A DNA stretch of 62,996 bases, from IMG/VR virus record IMGVR_UViG_3300030330_003618, positions 1 through 62,996 of that record. One strand, 5' to 3'. A model generated the notes under the pieces. It did no database searches. It was not told the DNA's origin and worked only from the letters and a program-made list of their open reading frames with translations. The translations under genes and the position numbers were made by a program. Numbering within the stretch: the stretch's first letter is position 1; the number at the start of each line of letters is the position of its first letter. Source of the stretch: a virus (Duplodnaviria > Caudoviricetes). This document shows, one piece after another, positions 1-8,086 of this stretch.

Positions 1-99
1 TTCAAAGAGTACATCACACTTTAGAGGATAAAATAATAACAGATGAGTATTGGGATTATATCTGGGATTAAATAACAACTAACTAAATTACTAACTAAA
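1..99. repeat. Terminal direct repeat copy 1 (identical to 62898-62996), assembly circularisation overlap
   Basis: ttcaaagagtacatc...ctaactaaa is identical at both ends; it starts inside ORF 62789-62968. Confidence 0.95.
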
Positions 100-109
100 A
101 TTTTTTATT

Positions 110-280
110 ATGAATACATTTTTACTATACACGACAACGATATTGATTATAATATGTGGAATAGATTTCATGTTATTCTTTTGGCTAAGTGAAATATCTG
201 CTGAAATACTATTGATATCTTTCATTGTGTTTATGTTGAATATGTTTTCTGAGGGATATAAAAACGAAATTACTAACTAA
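110..280 (+). CDS. Small early membrane protein (56 aa, MNTFLLYTTTILIIICGIDF...), not in ORF track
   Basis: Translated by hand; two hydrophobic segments; preceded by the AACTAAAA..TATG motif. Confidence 0.7.
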   Translation: MNTFLLYTTTILIIICGIDFMLFFWLSEISAEILLISFIVFMLNMFSEGYKNEITN

Positions 281-292
281 AACTAACTAACT

Positions 293-505
293 ATGAAAAA
301 TTTGGAAATCGAAATTGTAATGCAATATATCGAGAACGAAATAGATGAAACTTACAAAAAAATATGTACCGAAAAACAGAGCAAGGAAGATGTTGATTTT
401 TTTGGAACGGACTTACTAATAGAAACGAAAGCATATAATGTAGGTAAATTTGACACACTAAGGGGAATAATGAGAAGGATAAACCTACTAACTAAAAATA
501 TATAA
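293..505 (+). CDS. Hypothetical early protein (70 aa)
   Basis: ORF track; AACTATG start context. Confidence 0.8.
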   Translation: MKNLEIEIVMQYIENEIDETYKKICTEKQSKEDVDFFGTDLLIETKAYNVGKFDTLRGIMRRINLLTKNI

Positions 506-507
506 CT

Positions 508-660
508 ATGAACGAATTAATAGAACAATTTGAGATGGAACAAGCTAACCTTGATACAAGTGTAAGCGACACCATAAACACTATCAATAATGCTTTGGCT
601 CCGTTTAGCAACAGAGAGGCACACGAAAAGATTAAACGAATGATTGAACGAATGAAGTAG
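508..660 (+). CDS. Hypothetical early protein (50 aa, MNELIEQFEMEQANLD...), not in ORF track
   Basis: Translated by hand; AACTATG start; TAG stop abuts the hammerhead. Confidence 0.75.
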   Translation: MNELIEQFEMEQANLDTSVSDTINTINNALAPFSNREAHEKIKRMIERMK

Positions 661-718
661 AGTATTACTGATGAGGTCTAATAGACCGAAACAGGAGAGC
701 AATCTCCTGTCTAATACT
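661..718 (+). ncRNA. Type I hammerhead ribozyme; predicted cleavage after C711 (GUC)
   Basis: Stem I AGUAUUA(661-667)/UAAUACU(712-718); core CUGAUGA 668-674; stem II GGUC-UAAUA-GACC; GAAA 688-691; stem III ACAGGAGA-GCAA-UCUCCUGU; C711. Confidence 0.95.
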
Positions 719-737
719 AAAACTAAAAATTATAACT

Positions 738-965
738 ATGAATACAGAAAACTTAAAAAACAAATATAAAGTACCTACTACAAACCTAGAAAGATATATC
801 AAATCTGAGGAAAGTTTAGATGTAATAATGAGTGTAATTCGACACCTTGAAAGGTTAGAGGTACAGGTAGTAAATTACAGAAAAGTAATAGAGGAGAAGA
901 ATGATGAGATTGCTGAATTGAATAAGAAAATTAAATTTAGAGAGCAAGCTATTAAATCAATGTAA
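738..965 (+). CDS. Hypothetical early coiled-coil protein (75 aa)
   Basis: ORF track; starts 26 nt after the ribozyme cleavage site. Confidence 0.8.
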   Translation: MNTENLKNKYKVPTTNLERYIKSEESLDVIMSVIRHLERLEVQVVNYRKVIEEKNDEIAELNKKIKFREQAIKSM

Positions 966-992
966 TAAAATTACTAACTAAAAACTATAACT

Positions 993-1253
993 ATGAAACT
1001 AATAATAACAAGACAAAGAAACGAGGCAAATGAAATATCTATTGATATGGATATGATAATAAACGAACAAATATACCATCTAACAGGATATGTAAACTTT
1101 CAAGAGTATGATGGGGAAATTGAGATAATATGCTTGTCTTCTACTTGGGATGAATATAAGGACTTGTATGACTTTTGTGAAGAAGCAGGATATGACTATG
1201 AAGAACTTAAAGATTATATTATAAACCATACAGACAATAAAATTACTAACTAA
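993..1253 (+). CDS. Hypothetical acidic early protein (86 aa)
   Basis: ORF track; repeat motif at start and end. Confidence 0.8.
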   Translation: MKLIITRQRNEANEISIDMDMIINEQIYHLTGYVNFQEYDGEIEIICLSSTWDEYKDLYDFCEEAGYDYEELKDYIINHTDNKITN

Positions 1254-1265
1254 AATACTACAACT

Positions 1266-1547
1266 ATGAATCTACTAAATAATGCACACGAACAAATAAC
1301 AAAAGATATGCTTGAGAATATGGAAGAAAGACAGGAAATAAAATTAAATAAAAGATTTACACTCTATAAGTATAGTATGGACTATTGTTTAGGGTACGAA
1401 TCAGATGAGGAAATACCTGAATACTTTGTATTAACAGACAATAAATATGATGATGAAGAAACATTTTGTGTACAATATGGGAAAGATGATGAAATTGTAC
1501 TAACAGATTTTTATGGATATGATGATGATGAAGATTTTAATAACTAA
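1266..1547 (+). CDS. Hypothetical acidic early protein (93 aa)
   Basis: ORF track. Confidence 0.8.
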   Translation: MNLLNNAHEQITKDMLENMEERQEIKLNKRFTLYKYSMDYCLGYESDEEIPEYFVLTDNKYDDEETFCVQYGKDDEIVLTDFYGYDDDEDFNN

Positions 1548-1560
1548 AAACTATACAACT

Positions 1561-2103
1561 ATGGGAAGAATATCAATTTATCAAATGGAGAACTCAGGTC
1601 TAGATGACTTTGATTTATTAACTTTTACAGATAACAACAACTATATGAAGAATCTAAGGAATTATATCTTAGATGTTATCAAGGAAGACTTTGAAGATAA
1701 TCATATATCTTCGGGAAGATATTCTAAAAACACTATTAATAATCCAAGTGAAGAAAATTTAATGCAACACTTTGTTAGTAGATTTGAAAAGGAATTTAAT
1801 CACGACTACAACAAGAAAATGTACCCAAGAATACACCGAAGAATAGAGAACTATTTACTAGGACTAGCTTATAACTTTGCTTATACATATCATAAACAAA
1901 CTGAACAAGCTATGGAATTTCACAATATAAATCTTAAGAATAAGAGAGATATTGAATATGTTAAAAGAAACTTGTTTGACTGGGTAAGCTCATCAAGTGG
2001 AAACGGCAGTAATTTTAGCAATTATTACTTTCAGATGATAACTCAAGAGATTATCAAACTATTAAATAAACATAAATTATACACTAAAAAATTAGCACTA
2101 TGA
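1561..2103 (+). CDS. Hypothetical early protein (180 aa; start moved from 1513 to ATG 1561)
   Basis: ATG 1561 follows the AACTAAAAACTATACAACTATG motif. Confidence 0.8.
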   Translation: MGRISIYQMENSGLDDFDLLTFTDNNNYMKNLRNYILDVIKEDFEDNHISSGRYSKNTINNPSEENLMQHFVSRFEKEFNHDYNKKMYPRIHRRIENYLLGLAYNFAYTYHKQTEQAMEFHNINLKNKRDIEYVKRNLFDWVSSSSGNGSNFSNYYFQMITQEIIKLLNKHKLYTKKLAL

Positions 2104-2213
2104 ATGACAAGGAATTAAAAGAATGGGAAGAAGAATATGAAGAAGCACAGAAAGATATTAAGTGGCTACTACCACTAATGATAACAATTATAATCTTAAA
2201 TATAATACTATGA
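2100..2213 (+). CDS. Small protein (37 aa) with acidic N-terminus and hydrophobic C-terminus
   Basis: Translated by hand; ATGA overlaps with both neighbours. Confidence 0.6.
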   Translation: MNDKELKEWEEEYEEAQKDIKWLLPLMITIIILNIIL

Positions 2214-2356
2214 ACAATATAAAACTAACAGACAAAGAACTAGAACTAATAAAAGATATGCTAATTGAAAAAATAAGATACAAAGGGGTACAGGAATTAA
2301 TGGTCAAGATCCAGAATCAACTGCAAAAACAAAAACAATTAACAGATACAGAATAA
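2210..2356 (+). CDS. Hypothetical protein (48 aa, MNNIKLTDKELE...)
   Basis: Internal ATG of track ORF 2162-2356, coupled to the upstream stop. Confidence 0.7.
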   Translation: MNNIKLTDKELELIKDMLIEKIRYKGVQELMVKIQNQLQKQKQLTDTE

Positions 2357-2372
2357 AATAAAGTGAAAATAA

Positions 2373-2404
2373 TTTGCATATATGGAATATAATTCGTATT
2401 ATTG
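2373..2404 (+). promoter_or_regulatory. Bacteroidota housekeeping-sigma promoter (TTTG-N20-TATTATTG)
   Basis: One mismatch to -33 TTTG / -7 TAnnTTTG consensus; shares a 16-bp repeat with the 62708 promoter region. Confidence 0.7.
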
Positions 2405-2438
2405 TAAACAGAAACATATTAACTAAAACTAAATAATT

Positions 2439-2678
2439 ATGAAACTAAACACAAAATACTTAACGAATCAATTAACTAACATACTAACTAACATTAAGAA
2501 TTTCTTAATCTATGTATTACTACATATAATAATGTTATCATTTTTAATAGGTGGTGGATATATGATGATGATGATAGTGATAGATAAATGGTGGATAATA
2601 CTTGAATTTATTTGTGGCACATCAATGTTGGCTTGTGGTGTTGTAATGATATTAACTGCAATAGAAATAAATAAATAA
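2439..2678 (+). CDS. Two-TM membrane protein (79 aa)
   Basis: Two hydrophobic stretches. Confidence 0.75.
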   Translation: MKLNTKYLTNQLTNILTNIKNFLIYVLLHIIMLSFLIGGGYMMMMIVIDKWWIILEFICGTSMLACGVVMILTAIEINK

Positions 2679-2704
2679 TAACTTAAAACTAAATAACTAT
2701 AACT

Positions 2705-2917
2705 ATGGAAACAACAAGCAAAAGAGTAAGTAAGTATATATATGGACACTCACTAGAACAAGATGATATTTCTGATGTAGCTTTGGAAATTGTAGATAAT
2801 ATGGTAGCAGAGGGTTTAATTCCTGATTGTACTGATACAGAAAACGAAAATGAATTTCAAGCACAAGATATCATAAGAGAAAGATTAACAGAATTGTTTA
2901 AACTTAAAACTAAATAA
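2705..2917 (+). CDS. Hypothetical protein (70 aa)
   Basis: ORF track. Confidence 0.8.
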   Translation: METTSKRVSKYIYGHSLEQDDISDVALEIVDNMVAEGLIPDCTDTENENEFQAQDIIRERLTELFKLKTK

Positions 2918-2919
2918 CT

Positions 2920-3204
2920 ATGACAAATAAAAAAACTGATGTATGGACTTTGATAGACACAAAGAATATGCTAACATTTGAAGAATTTAAAGAACAATTA
3001 ATACATTATAAAAGTAGTATATCGTGGATCGACAAGTATGGAACTAAACATTATATGTATGGGAAAGATCCGATATTAAATGATGAGGGGGAAGTAGATT
3101 TCGAGATGGCTACAAAAATATGGCGAGAAAATGACAGGAAGTGTTATGACTGGATCAGAGAAAATAAATTGGACTTATTAATTAAAAAAGATAATGGTTG
3201 TTAG
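2920..3204 (+). CDS. Hypothetical protein (94 aa)
   Basis: ORF track. Confidence 0.8.
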   Translation: MTNKKTDVWTLIDTKNMLTFEEFKEQLIHYKSSISWIDKYGTKHYMYGKDPILNDEGEVDFEMATKIWRENDRKCYDWIRENKLDLLIKKDNGC

Positions 3205-3300
3205 GTTTTTAGTTTGATAAGTAGGTTAAGGTTAGGAGAAACCAACCTTGTAATTATAAGCTATAAGTCGTGTTTATTCCCTACATATCATAATCAAAAC
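3205..3300 (+). ncRNA. Candidate structured intergenic RNA (long closing stem with two internal hairpins)
   Basis: GUUUU..UGAUA.GUAGG (3205-3225) pairs with CCUAC.UAUCA..AAAAC (3280-3300); inner hairpin AAGGUU-A-GG/CC-AACCUU. Confidence 0.45.
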
Positions 3301-3334
3301 AACTAAAGTATTAACTAAATAAATAAATAAAACT

Positions 3335-3634
3335 ATGGAATTTAAAGTATTAAGACAAGAAGTGTCAACAAGAGGTGGGGGAATAGAAATAGACCTAACA
3401 CCCTTTGGCTATAAAGGTGGTAAAATGACTGCATATCAAAACTATTTAGGTGGTGGTATGTTGGGAAGTATAGGTAATGATTGTAATATAAGTATAAATT
3501 GGGCAGAAGATCCAAAATTGGTAAATATAGCAAAACATTTGAGTATGTATTTTCATGGATTAACTAATCCGGATGATGAATATGAGGGGATGAGTTTTGA
3601 AGATAGACAGAGTTTGCCGACAAGTGCTTATTAG
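3335..3634 (+). CDS. Hypothetical protein (99 aa, glycine-rich GGGIE / YQNYLGGG motifs)
   Basis: ORF track. Confidence 0.85.
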   Translation: MEFKVLRQEVSTRGGGIEIDLTPFGYKGGKMTAYQNYLGGGMLGSIGNDCNISINWAEDPKLVNIAKHLSMYFHGLTNPDDEYEGMSFEDRQSLPTSAY

Positions 3635-3764
3635 ATATAGGTATCCTTTGATACAAATAGCTACTAACATTAAAGAAGTAGGAGTAGAAGTAGAAGATAA
3701 GAGATATATATATTTTTATATAAAAATTATATAACTAACATAATTATCTACTAATAATGGTCGG

Positions 3765-3793
3765 AAGGTACAAGAAAAAAATGACAATGTCAA
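3765..3793 (-). promoter_or_regulatory. Leftward (antisense) promoter-like element TTGACA-N17-TACCTT
   Basis: Plus-strand AAGGTA 3765-3770 and TGTCAA 3788-3793, 17-nt spacer, intergenic. Confidence 0.45.
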
Positions 3794-3818
3794 GTATTAA
3801 CAAAAAAAAAATAAAATT

Positions 3819-4043
3819 ATGAAACAACAATTAGCAGAAATAGTAATGTGGGAACAAGTAAGGCGAGATTGTAAATACCCAAAAGAAGATAACAATAATG
3901 GACTTATATATGGACTTTATCTTATAGATAATTTTGATGATGATAATTGGTGTGGAGATATTATAGATGTAGAGTGGTTTGAAACAGATGAAGAACGATA
4001 TAAGGTTATAAAAGAAAATAATTTGAAAATAATAAACGAATAA
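3819..4043 (+). CDS. Hypothetical protein (74 aa)
   Basis: ORF track. Confidence 0.8.
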   Translation: MKQQLAEIVMWEQVRRDCKYPKEDNNNGLIYGLYLIDNFDDDNWCGDIIDVEWFETDEERYKVIKENNLKIINE

Positions 4044-4047
4044 AATT

Positions 4048-4215
4048 ATGATTACAGATTTGAATAGAATCGTGGGTAAATTAAGGGAGTACGAAGAACA
4101 TGTAAAATACCCCAATTCCCCTATACATTTTAGGAAAGTGTATGAGAAAATAGAATCGTTAACGAATGATATTGAATATATCATTAATCAAAATAAATAT
4201 AATAAAATAGACTAA
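4048..4215 (+). CDS. Hypothetical protein (55 aa, MITDLNRIVGKL...), not in track
   Basis: Translated by hand; AATTATG start, fills the gap. Confidence 0.7.
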   Translation: MITDLNRIVGKLREYEEHVKYPNSPIHFRKVYEKIESLTNDIEYIINQNKYNKID

Positions 4216-4217
4216 TT

Positions 4218-4370
4218 ATGATGAAGTGGTATTACTTAAATATGAGTGATTGGGATAAAGAACCATACCAAGATCTTGTAGATAAAACAGAATGTGCATT
4301 TTGTGGAGATGTGTTAACAGAGTATAAATTTTGTTCTGATGATTGTGCAGTAGCATATTGGAACGATTAA
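4218..4370 (+). CDS. Small zinc-finger protein (50 aa; CAFC...FCSDDC), not in track
   Basis: CxxC and FCSxxC treble-clef-type motif. Confidence 0.75.
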   Translation: MMKWYYLNMSDWDKEPYQDLVDKTECAFCGDVLTEYKFCSDDCAVAYWND

Positions 4371-4381
4371 TAAATAAAATT

Positions 4382-4546
4382 ATGGAAGAAGAATATCAAT
4401 TAAATATAGATGAAGTTTTGTATCTACAAATGATAATACAACAGAATTTAGATGATGAATATGTAGAAGATGATGAAGTGTATAGAAATATGATAATAAA
4501 ACTACAAAATAAAATGTGTAGAATTAAAAATGAATTAAATAAATAA
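4382..4546 (+). CDS. Hypothetical protein (54 aa, MEEEYQLNIDE...)
   Basis: Internal ATG of track ORF 4343-4546 with AATTATG context. Confidence 0.7.
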   Translation: MEEEYQLNIDEVLYLQMIIQQNLDDEYVEDDEVYRNMIIKLQNKMCRIKNELNK

Positions 4547-4550
4547 AACT

Positions 4551-4796
4551 ATGAAAGAAAAACTTAAAAAACTAAAAGAAATAATTAAAGAACATAACAA
4601 AGATAGCCGGACTTATCTAGATGAATTTTACAAACAATGTAAAGATAATGAGGTAGAAGATTTAGATTGGGTAGAGTCGGACAATGATTACATGGACTTT
4701 ATAGGTCAACAACCTATTGAATATAATAGAATATATGATGTGGCTGTGTTGAATATAACAAATCAATTAATGGAAATTATTAACGACAAAAACTAA
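4551..4796 (+). CDS. Hypothetical protein (81 aa)
   Basis: ORF track. Confidence 0.8.
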   Translation: MKEKLKKLKEIIKEHNKDSRTYLDEFYKQCKDNEVEDLDWVESDNDYMDFIGQQPIEYNRIYDVAVLNITNQLMEIINDKN

Positions 4797-4801
4797 ACAT
4801 T

Positions 4802-5056
4802 ATGAAACAATTACCTGAAGATATTATAGCGACTAACGATAAGATCGCAGACGCAAAAGAACTATTAAGACAAAATGGATATTACATATACTCTATGTAC
4901 CACATTGAAGATGTACAATCTTATTATGAATGTACTGATTCAGAAGCTATGGATGTATTAGATCAAGCATTAGATAATGACGGAACTGCAAATCAAGTAT
5001 GGGAAAGTATAAGATACTTTGCTGAAGATATGGGTCTAAAAGAGAAAGAAGATTAA
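4802..5056 (+). CDS. Hypothetical acidic protein (84 aa)
   Basis: ORF track. Confidence 0.8.
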   Translation: MKQLPEDIIATNDKIADAKELLRQNGYYIYSMYHIEDVQSYYECTDSEAMDVLDQALDNDGTANQVWESIRYFAEDMGLKEKED

Positions 5057-5074
5057 TAACTTAAAACTAAAATT

Positions 5075-5263
5075 ATGGACAAGAAAAAAACTGCCTATCA
5101 AGATATAGTGGACAAGATCCACTACTATATGAAAAACCCACACAAGAATCCTTACGATGTATTTGATTATGAGGGAGATGAGGTTATACTAGACTCAAAT
5201 GGAGATCGTGTTGCCGGTAAAAACTTAAATAAAAAGAATTGGTATTATAATAAAAACAACTAA
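5075..5263 (+). CDS. Hypothetical protein (62 aa)
   Basis: ORF track. Confidence 0.75.
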   Translation: MDKKKTAYQDIVDKIHYYMKNPHKNPYDVFDYEGDEVILDSNGDRVAGKNLNKKNWYYNKNN

Positions 5264-5267
5264 AATT

Positions 5268-5438
5268 ATGGACAAAGAAGAATTAATAGAGTTATGGTTA
5301 AAGGCAGAAGAAGAATTAAGAAATGGAAATGATGATAGATGTATAGAGTTTAAAGATTCTTTTAGCGAACAATATGCAAAACTAAATAAGAACGAACAAG
5401 AGTATGTTAAGGACTATTTAGATAGTTGTGGGGCATAA
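5268..5438 (+). CDS. Hypothetical protein (56 aa, MDKEELIELWL...), not in track
   Basis: Translated by hand. Confidence 0.7.
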   Translation: MDKEELIELWLKAEEELRNGNDDRCIEFKDSFSEQYAKLNKNEQEYVKDYLDSCGA

Positions 5439-5465
5439 AAATAACAAATTGAAATAAATAAAATT

Positions 5466-5627
5466 ATGAAAACAAGAAATAAATTAACAATAAAAAGTTC
5501 AACAAACACATTGTTGGGTAAGCAATTAGCTTGGTTTAATCACTTTGTTGATTACGTAGGCAATATAGATAGCAACCTATATAACGAAGCGTGTGAATAT
5601 GCAGATAATTGCGAAGAAAGTATATAA
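5466..5627 (+). CDS. Hypothetical protein (53 aa, MKTRNKLTIK...), not in track
   Basis: Translated by hand. Confidence 0.7.
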   Translation: MKTRNKLTIKSSTNTLLGKQLAWFNHFVDYVGNIDSNLYNEACEYADNCEESI

Positions 5628-5644
5628 CAGTTAAAACTAAAATT

Positions 5645-5788
5645 ATGACAGATAAAACAAATCACGTATACGAAGACACGTTTCAAGTAGATATTAAGTA
5701 TACATACGATAGAAAACACAACAAGGTTTACGATATAGATTCTGCTGTTAGAGAATTTAATATGTTAATAAAAAAACTAATGAAATAG
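5645..5788 (+). CDS. Hypothetical protein (47 aa, MTDKTNHVYED...), not in track
   Basis: Translated by hand. Confidence 0.7.
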   Translation: MTDKTNHVYEDTFQVDIKYTYDRKHNKVYDIDSAVREFNMLIKKLMK

Positions 5789-5792
5789 AATT

Positions 5793-5933
5793 ATGAATAT
5801 ATTTATTAAAGGGACAATGATTTTGGTAATGTTGTATTTGTGTATATTTATAATTATATTTAGTTGTGTTGTAGCACTATCATTATATACACAAATAATA
5901 CTACCGGTAATAAAATTTATTAAAAGAATATAA
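5793..5933 (+). CDS. Small membrane protein (46 aa), not in track
   Basis: Translated by hand; long hydrophobic stretch, basic C-terminus. Confidence 0.6.
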   Translation: MNIFIKGTMILVMLYLCIFIIIFSCVVALSLYTQIILPVIKFIKRI

Positions 5934-5934
5934 T

Positions 5935-6264
5935 ATGGATAGTATAGCTTTCAGAAAAACACACGATCTTAAATTCTCAATAGAGAAGGTGGGCAAGAAG
6001 TCAAACTCCTGTCAAGATTATGTAGTTGAAAAAAAACTACAAAGAATAATTAAAAAGAGTATTAACGATCAAGAAACTATAAATTCTCTAATAGGAAAAA
6101 AAGGTTTTGGTAAAACAAAAGAATCTGTTATTGAAAATATAAAAATAGTTATTCAAGATAAAATTACATCATTAAATGGCGAGGAGATTAAGTACTATAT
6201 TGAAAAATTACAGAATGTTCCTGTTTCGAGTTGTATTAAGCAAATTAGAAAAAAATACTCATAA
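5935..6264 (+). CDS. Hypothetical basic protein (109 aa)
   Basis: ORF track. Confidence 0.75.
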   Translation: MDSIAFRKTHDLKFSIEKVGKKSNSCQDYVVEKKLQRIIKKSINDQETINSLIGKKGFGKTKESVIENIKIVIQDKITSLNGEEIKYYIEKLQNVPVSSCIKQIRKKYS

Positions 6265-6472
6265 TTTAGATCTGTTAGTAAATCATACTGAAGAAGATGA
6301 TCTATATAAATATATATTCGAGGACAATGTAGATATAAAAAAGGTAATACCGAGAGGTTGTACCAAGGAATTTATGGAAGTCCTACAACATTTATTATAT
6401 CATTATGAAGAAGATCAAGAATATGAAAAATGTCAGAAGATTTCCGACCTTATAGATCAGTGGGAGATGTAA
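6176..6472 (+). CDS. Hypothetical protein with C-terminal UVR-like motif (EEDQEYEKCQKI); true start may be downstream
   Basis: ORF track; ExYExC helical hairpin motif. Confidence 0.65.
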   Translation: MARRLSTILKNYRMFLFRVVLSKLEKNTHNLDLLVNHTEEDDLYKYIFEDNVDIKKVIPRGCTKEFMEVLQHLLYHYEEDQEYEKCQKISDLIDQWEM

Positions 6473-6521
6473 TGTCAACTGGCTTTGCGAATTATTTTGA
6501 AAAAAACTTTCAATAATAGTA

Positions 6522-6550
6522 GGATAAATGAAACTTATTTACTATATTGC
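6522..6550 (+). promoter_or_regulatory. Probable promoter of the recombination/replication operon
   Basis: GGATAAATGAAACTTATTTACTATATTGC closely resembles the 62711-62740 promoter. Confidence 0.55.
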
Positions 6551-6578
6551 AATTAAAATTAACTTAAATTAAATTAAA

Positions 6579-7088
6579 ATGACGAAACTTAAAACAATAA
6601 ATATCAAAGGAAAGAAGTATGTAGAAGTAAACGAAAGACTTAAATACTTTAGATCAAACTACCCTAATCACTCATTATTATCTGAGATAACCCATATTGA
6701 CTCAGAGATGGTTGTTGTAAGAACACAAATAATTGATCCAGAGGACAGGATTTTAGCTAGTGGTCATGCACATGAAGAAAAGTCTGCTAGTTTTATAAAC
6801 AAGACAAGCTATGTGGAAAACTGTGAAACATCATCATGGGGTAGATGTTTAGCTAATTTTGGTATAGGGATTGATGAATCTGTAGCTTCAGCTAACGAAG
6901 TAGATATAGCTATTAAAAAACAGAACATAAAATCTACAACAAAGAAGATGACTATAGAAATTTATCAAGCTATGATGAAGTCTATCAAAGATGGTAATAA
7001 GGATCTTGTTGTTGAGCATATGAATAAATATGATATGACTAAGGCTCAGAAAGATGCGATAACTAAAGCTATTAACGAAACAGCATAA
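6579..7088 (+). CDS. Single-strand annealing recombinase (Rad52/Sak/ERF-like)
   Basis: KGKKYVEVNERL N-terminus and ENCETSSWGRCLANFGIG motif; adjacent to an exonuclease. Confidence 0.75.
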   Translation: MTKLKTINIKGKKYVEVNERLKYFRSNYPNHSLLSEITHIDSEMVVVRTQIIDPEDRILASGHAHEEKSASFINKTSYVENCETSSWGRCLANFGIGIDESVASANEVDIAIKKQNIKSTTKKMTIEIYQAMMKSIKDGNKDLVVEHMNKYDMTKAQKDAITKAINETA

Positions 7089-7093
7089 TAATT

Positions 7094-7867
7094 ATGGATG
7101 AAATAATAAAAAAGTTTACCTCTGATGAGGTATACTACAGCGACTATTCTTTTGTGACTAACTCACAATTAGGATTAATTAAACGGAGCCCAGCCACCTA
7201 TCAACATTACAGGGATAATCCCAGTGATCGACCTATAACTAAAGCACTTAATTTTGGTAAAGCATTTCATATGTGTATGCTTGAGCATGATAAGTACAAA
7301 AAAGAAGTTGTGGTTGAACCTGATGTAAATAAAAGAACTAAGGCTGGTAAAGAGGAGTATCAAAAGTTTTTAACCCTACATGAGGGTATGACAATACTTT
7401 CCCATGATGAGGATGAATCTTTATCTGGTATGAGAAAGAAGTTAACATCTTCTGTTGAAGCTATGGAATTATTGTCTGGCGGTATAGCTGAACAAGTTAA
7501 TGTATGGAATGATCTAGATAGTAAAATACCTTGCAAAGGGAAAGCTGACTACTGGAATAAGGATAGGAATATTCTTGTAGATATAAAAACAACTCAAGAC
7601 TCTAGTCCTGATGGATTTAGAAAGTCAGCATATAAATATGGATACGATAGACAAGCCGCTTTTTATTTAGATGGCTTTAATGTGGACCAGTTTTGGTTTA
7701 TAGTTATAGAAAAGTCGGCTCCATATAACATGGCTATATATAATTGTAGCGAAGAATTTATAGATGAAGGTAGAATGAAATATAAAAGACTACTGGATAT
7801 GTATAGCTTATACTTTATTCAAAACCTTTTTGATCCATATGAACATGTATATACAGGAACATTATAA
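7094..7867 (+). CDS. PD-(D/E)XK exonuclease, RecE/exonuclease VIII-like (DUF3799-type)
   Basis: FGKAFH, CKGKAD, VDIKTT and YDRQAAFY motifs. Confidence 0.88.
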   Translation: MDEIIKKFTSDEVYYSDYSFVTNSQLGLIKRSPATYQHYRDNPSDRPITKALNFGKAFHMCMLEHDKYKKEVVVEPDVNKRTKAGKEEYQKFLTLHEGMTILSHDEDESLSGMRKKLTSSVEAMELLSGGIAEQVNVWNDLDSKIPCKGKADYWNKDRNILVDIKTTQDSSPDGFRKSAYKYGYDRQAAFYLDGFNVDQFWFIVIEKSAPYNMAIYNCSEEFIDEGRMKYKRLLDMYSLYFIQNLFDPYEHVYTGTL

Positions 7868-7879
7868 AAAATAAAAACT

Positions 7880-8086
7880 ATGAGTAAATTATTTAGAACA
7901 TTAAAACAGAATAAAATAACAAAAAACAAAGTTGGAGAGATAACAGGATTATCTATACCAACAGTCAGAAAGTATCTTAAAAATCCAGATTTATTTTCTG
8001 TGGGAGACGGTAAGACTATAGTAGAACACTTAAACAAACAAAACTATGAGTACACTTTTGGAGAATTATTTAACATTAAAGAATAG
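7880..8086 (+). CDS. Small HTH DNA-binding protein
   Basis: KNKVGEITGLSIPTVRKYLKNP helix-turn-helix pattern. Confidence 0.7.
   Translation: MSKLFRTLKQNKITKNKVGEITGLSIPTVRKYLKNPDLFSVGDGKTIVEHLNKQNYEYTFGELFNIKE

Noticed and set aside
517-702. Minus-strand ORF 517-702 and other antisense or nested track ORFs (e.g. 2510-2749, 3831-4184, 12053-12475, 16749-17129, 24278-24604, 26288-26728, 58474-58758)
   Set aside because: Shadow frames of well-supported genes on the opposite strand, with no start context and biased composition
87-5647. Early-region repeats as a CRISPR array or integron attC sites
   Set aside because: Repeats are degenerate, non-palindromic and separated by whole ORFs of variable length; no cas or integrase gene was recognised
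7121-7140. Other CTGATGA occurrences (e.g. ~4336, 7122, 9421, 11759) as further hammerheads
   Set aside because: They lie inside coding sequence, with no stem II-GAAA-stem III-UH arrangement
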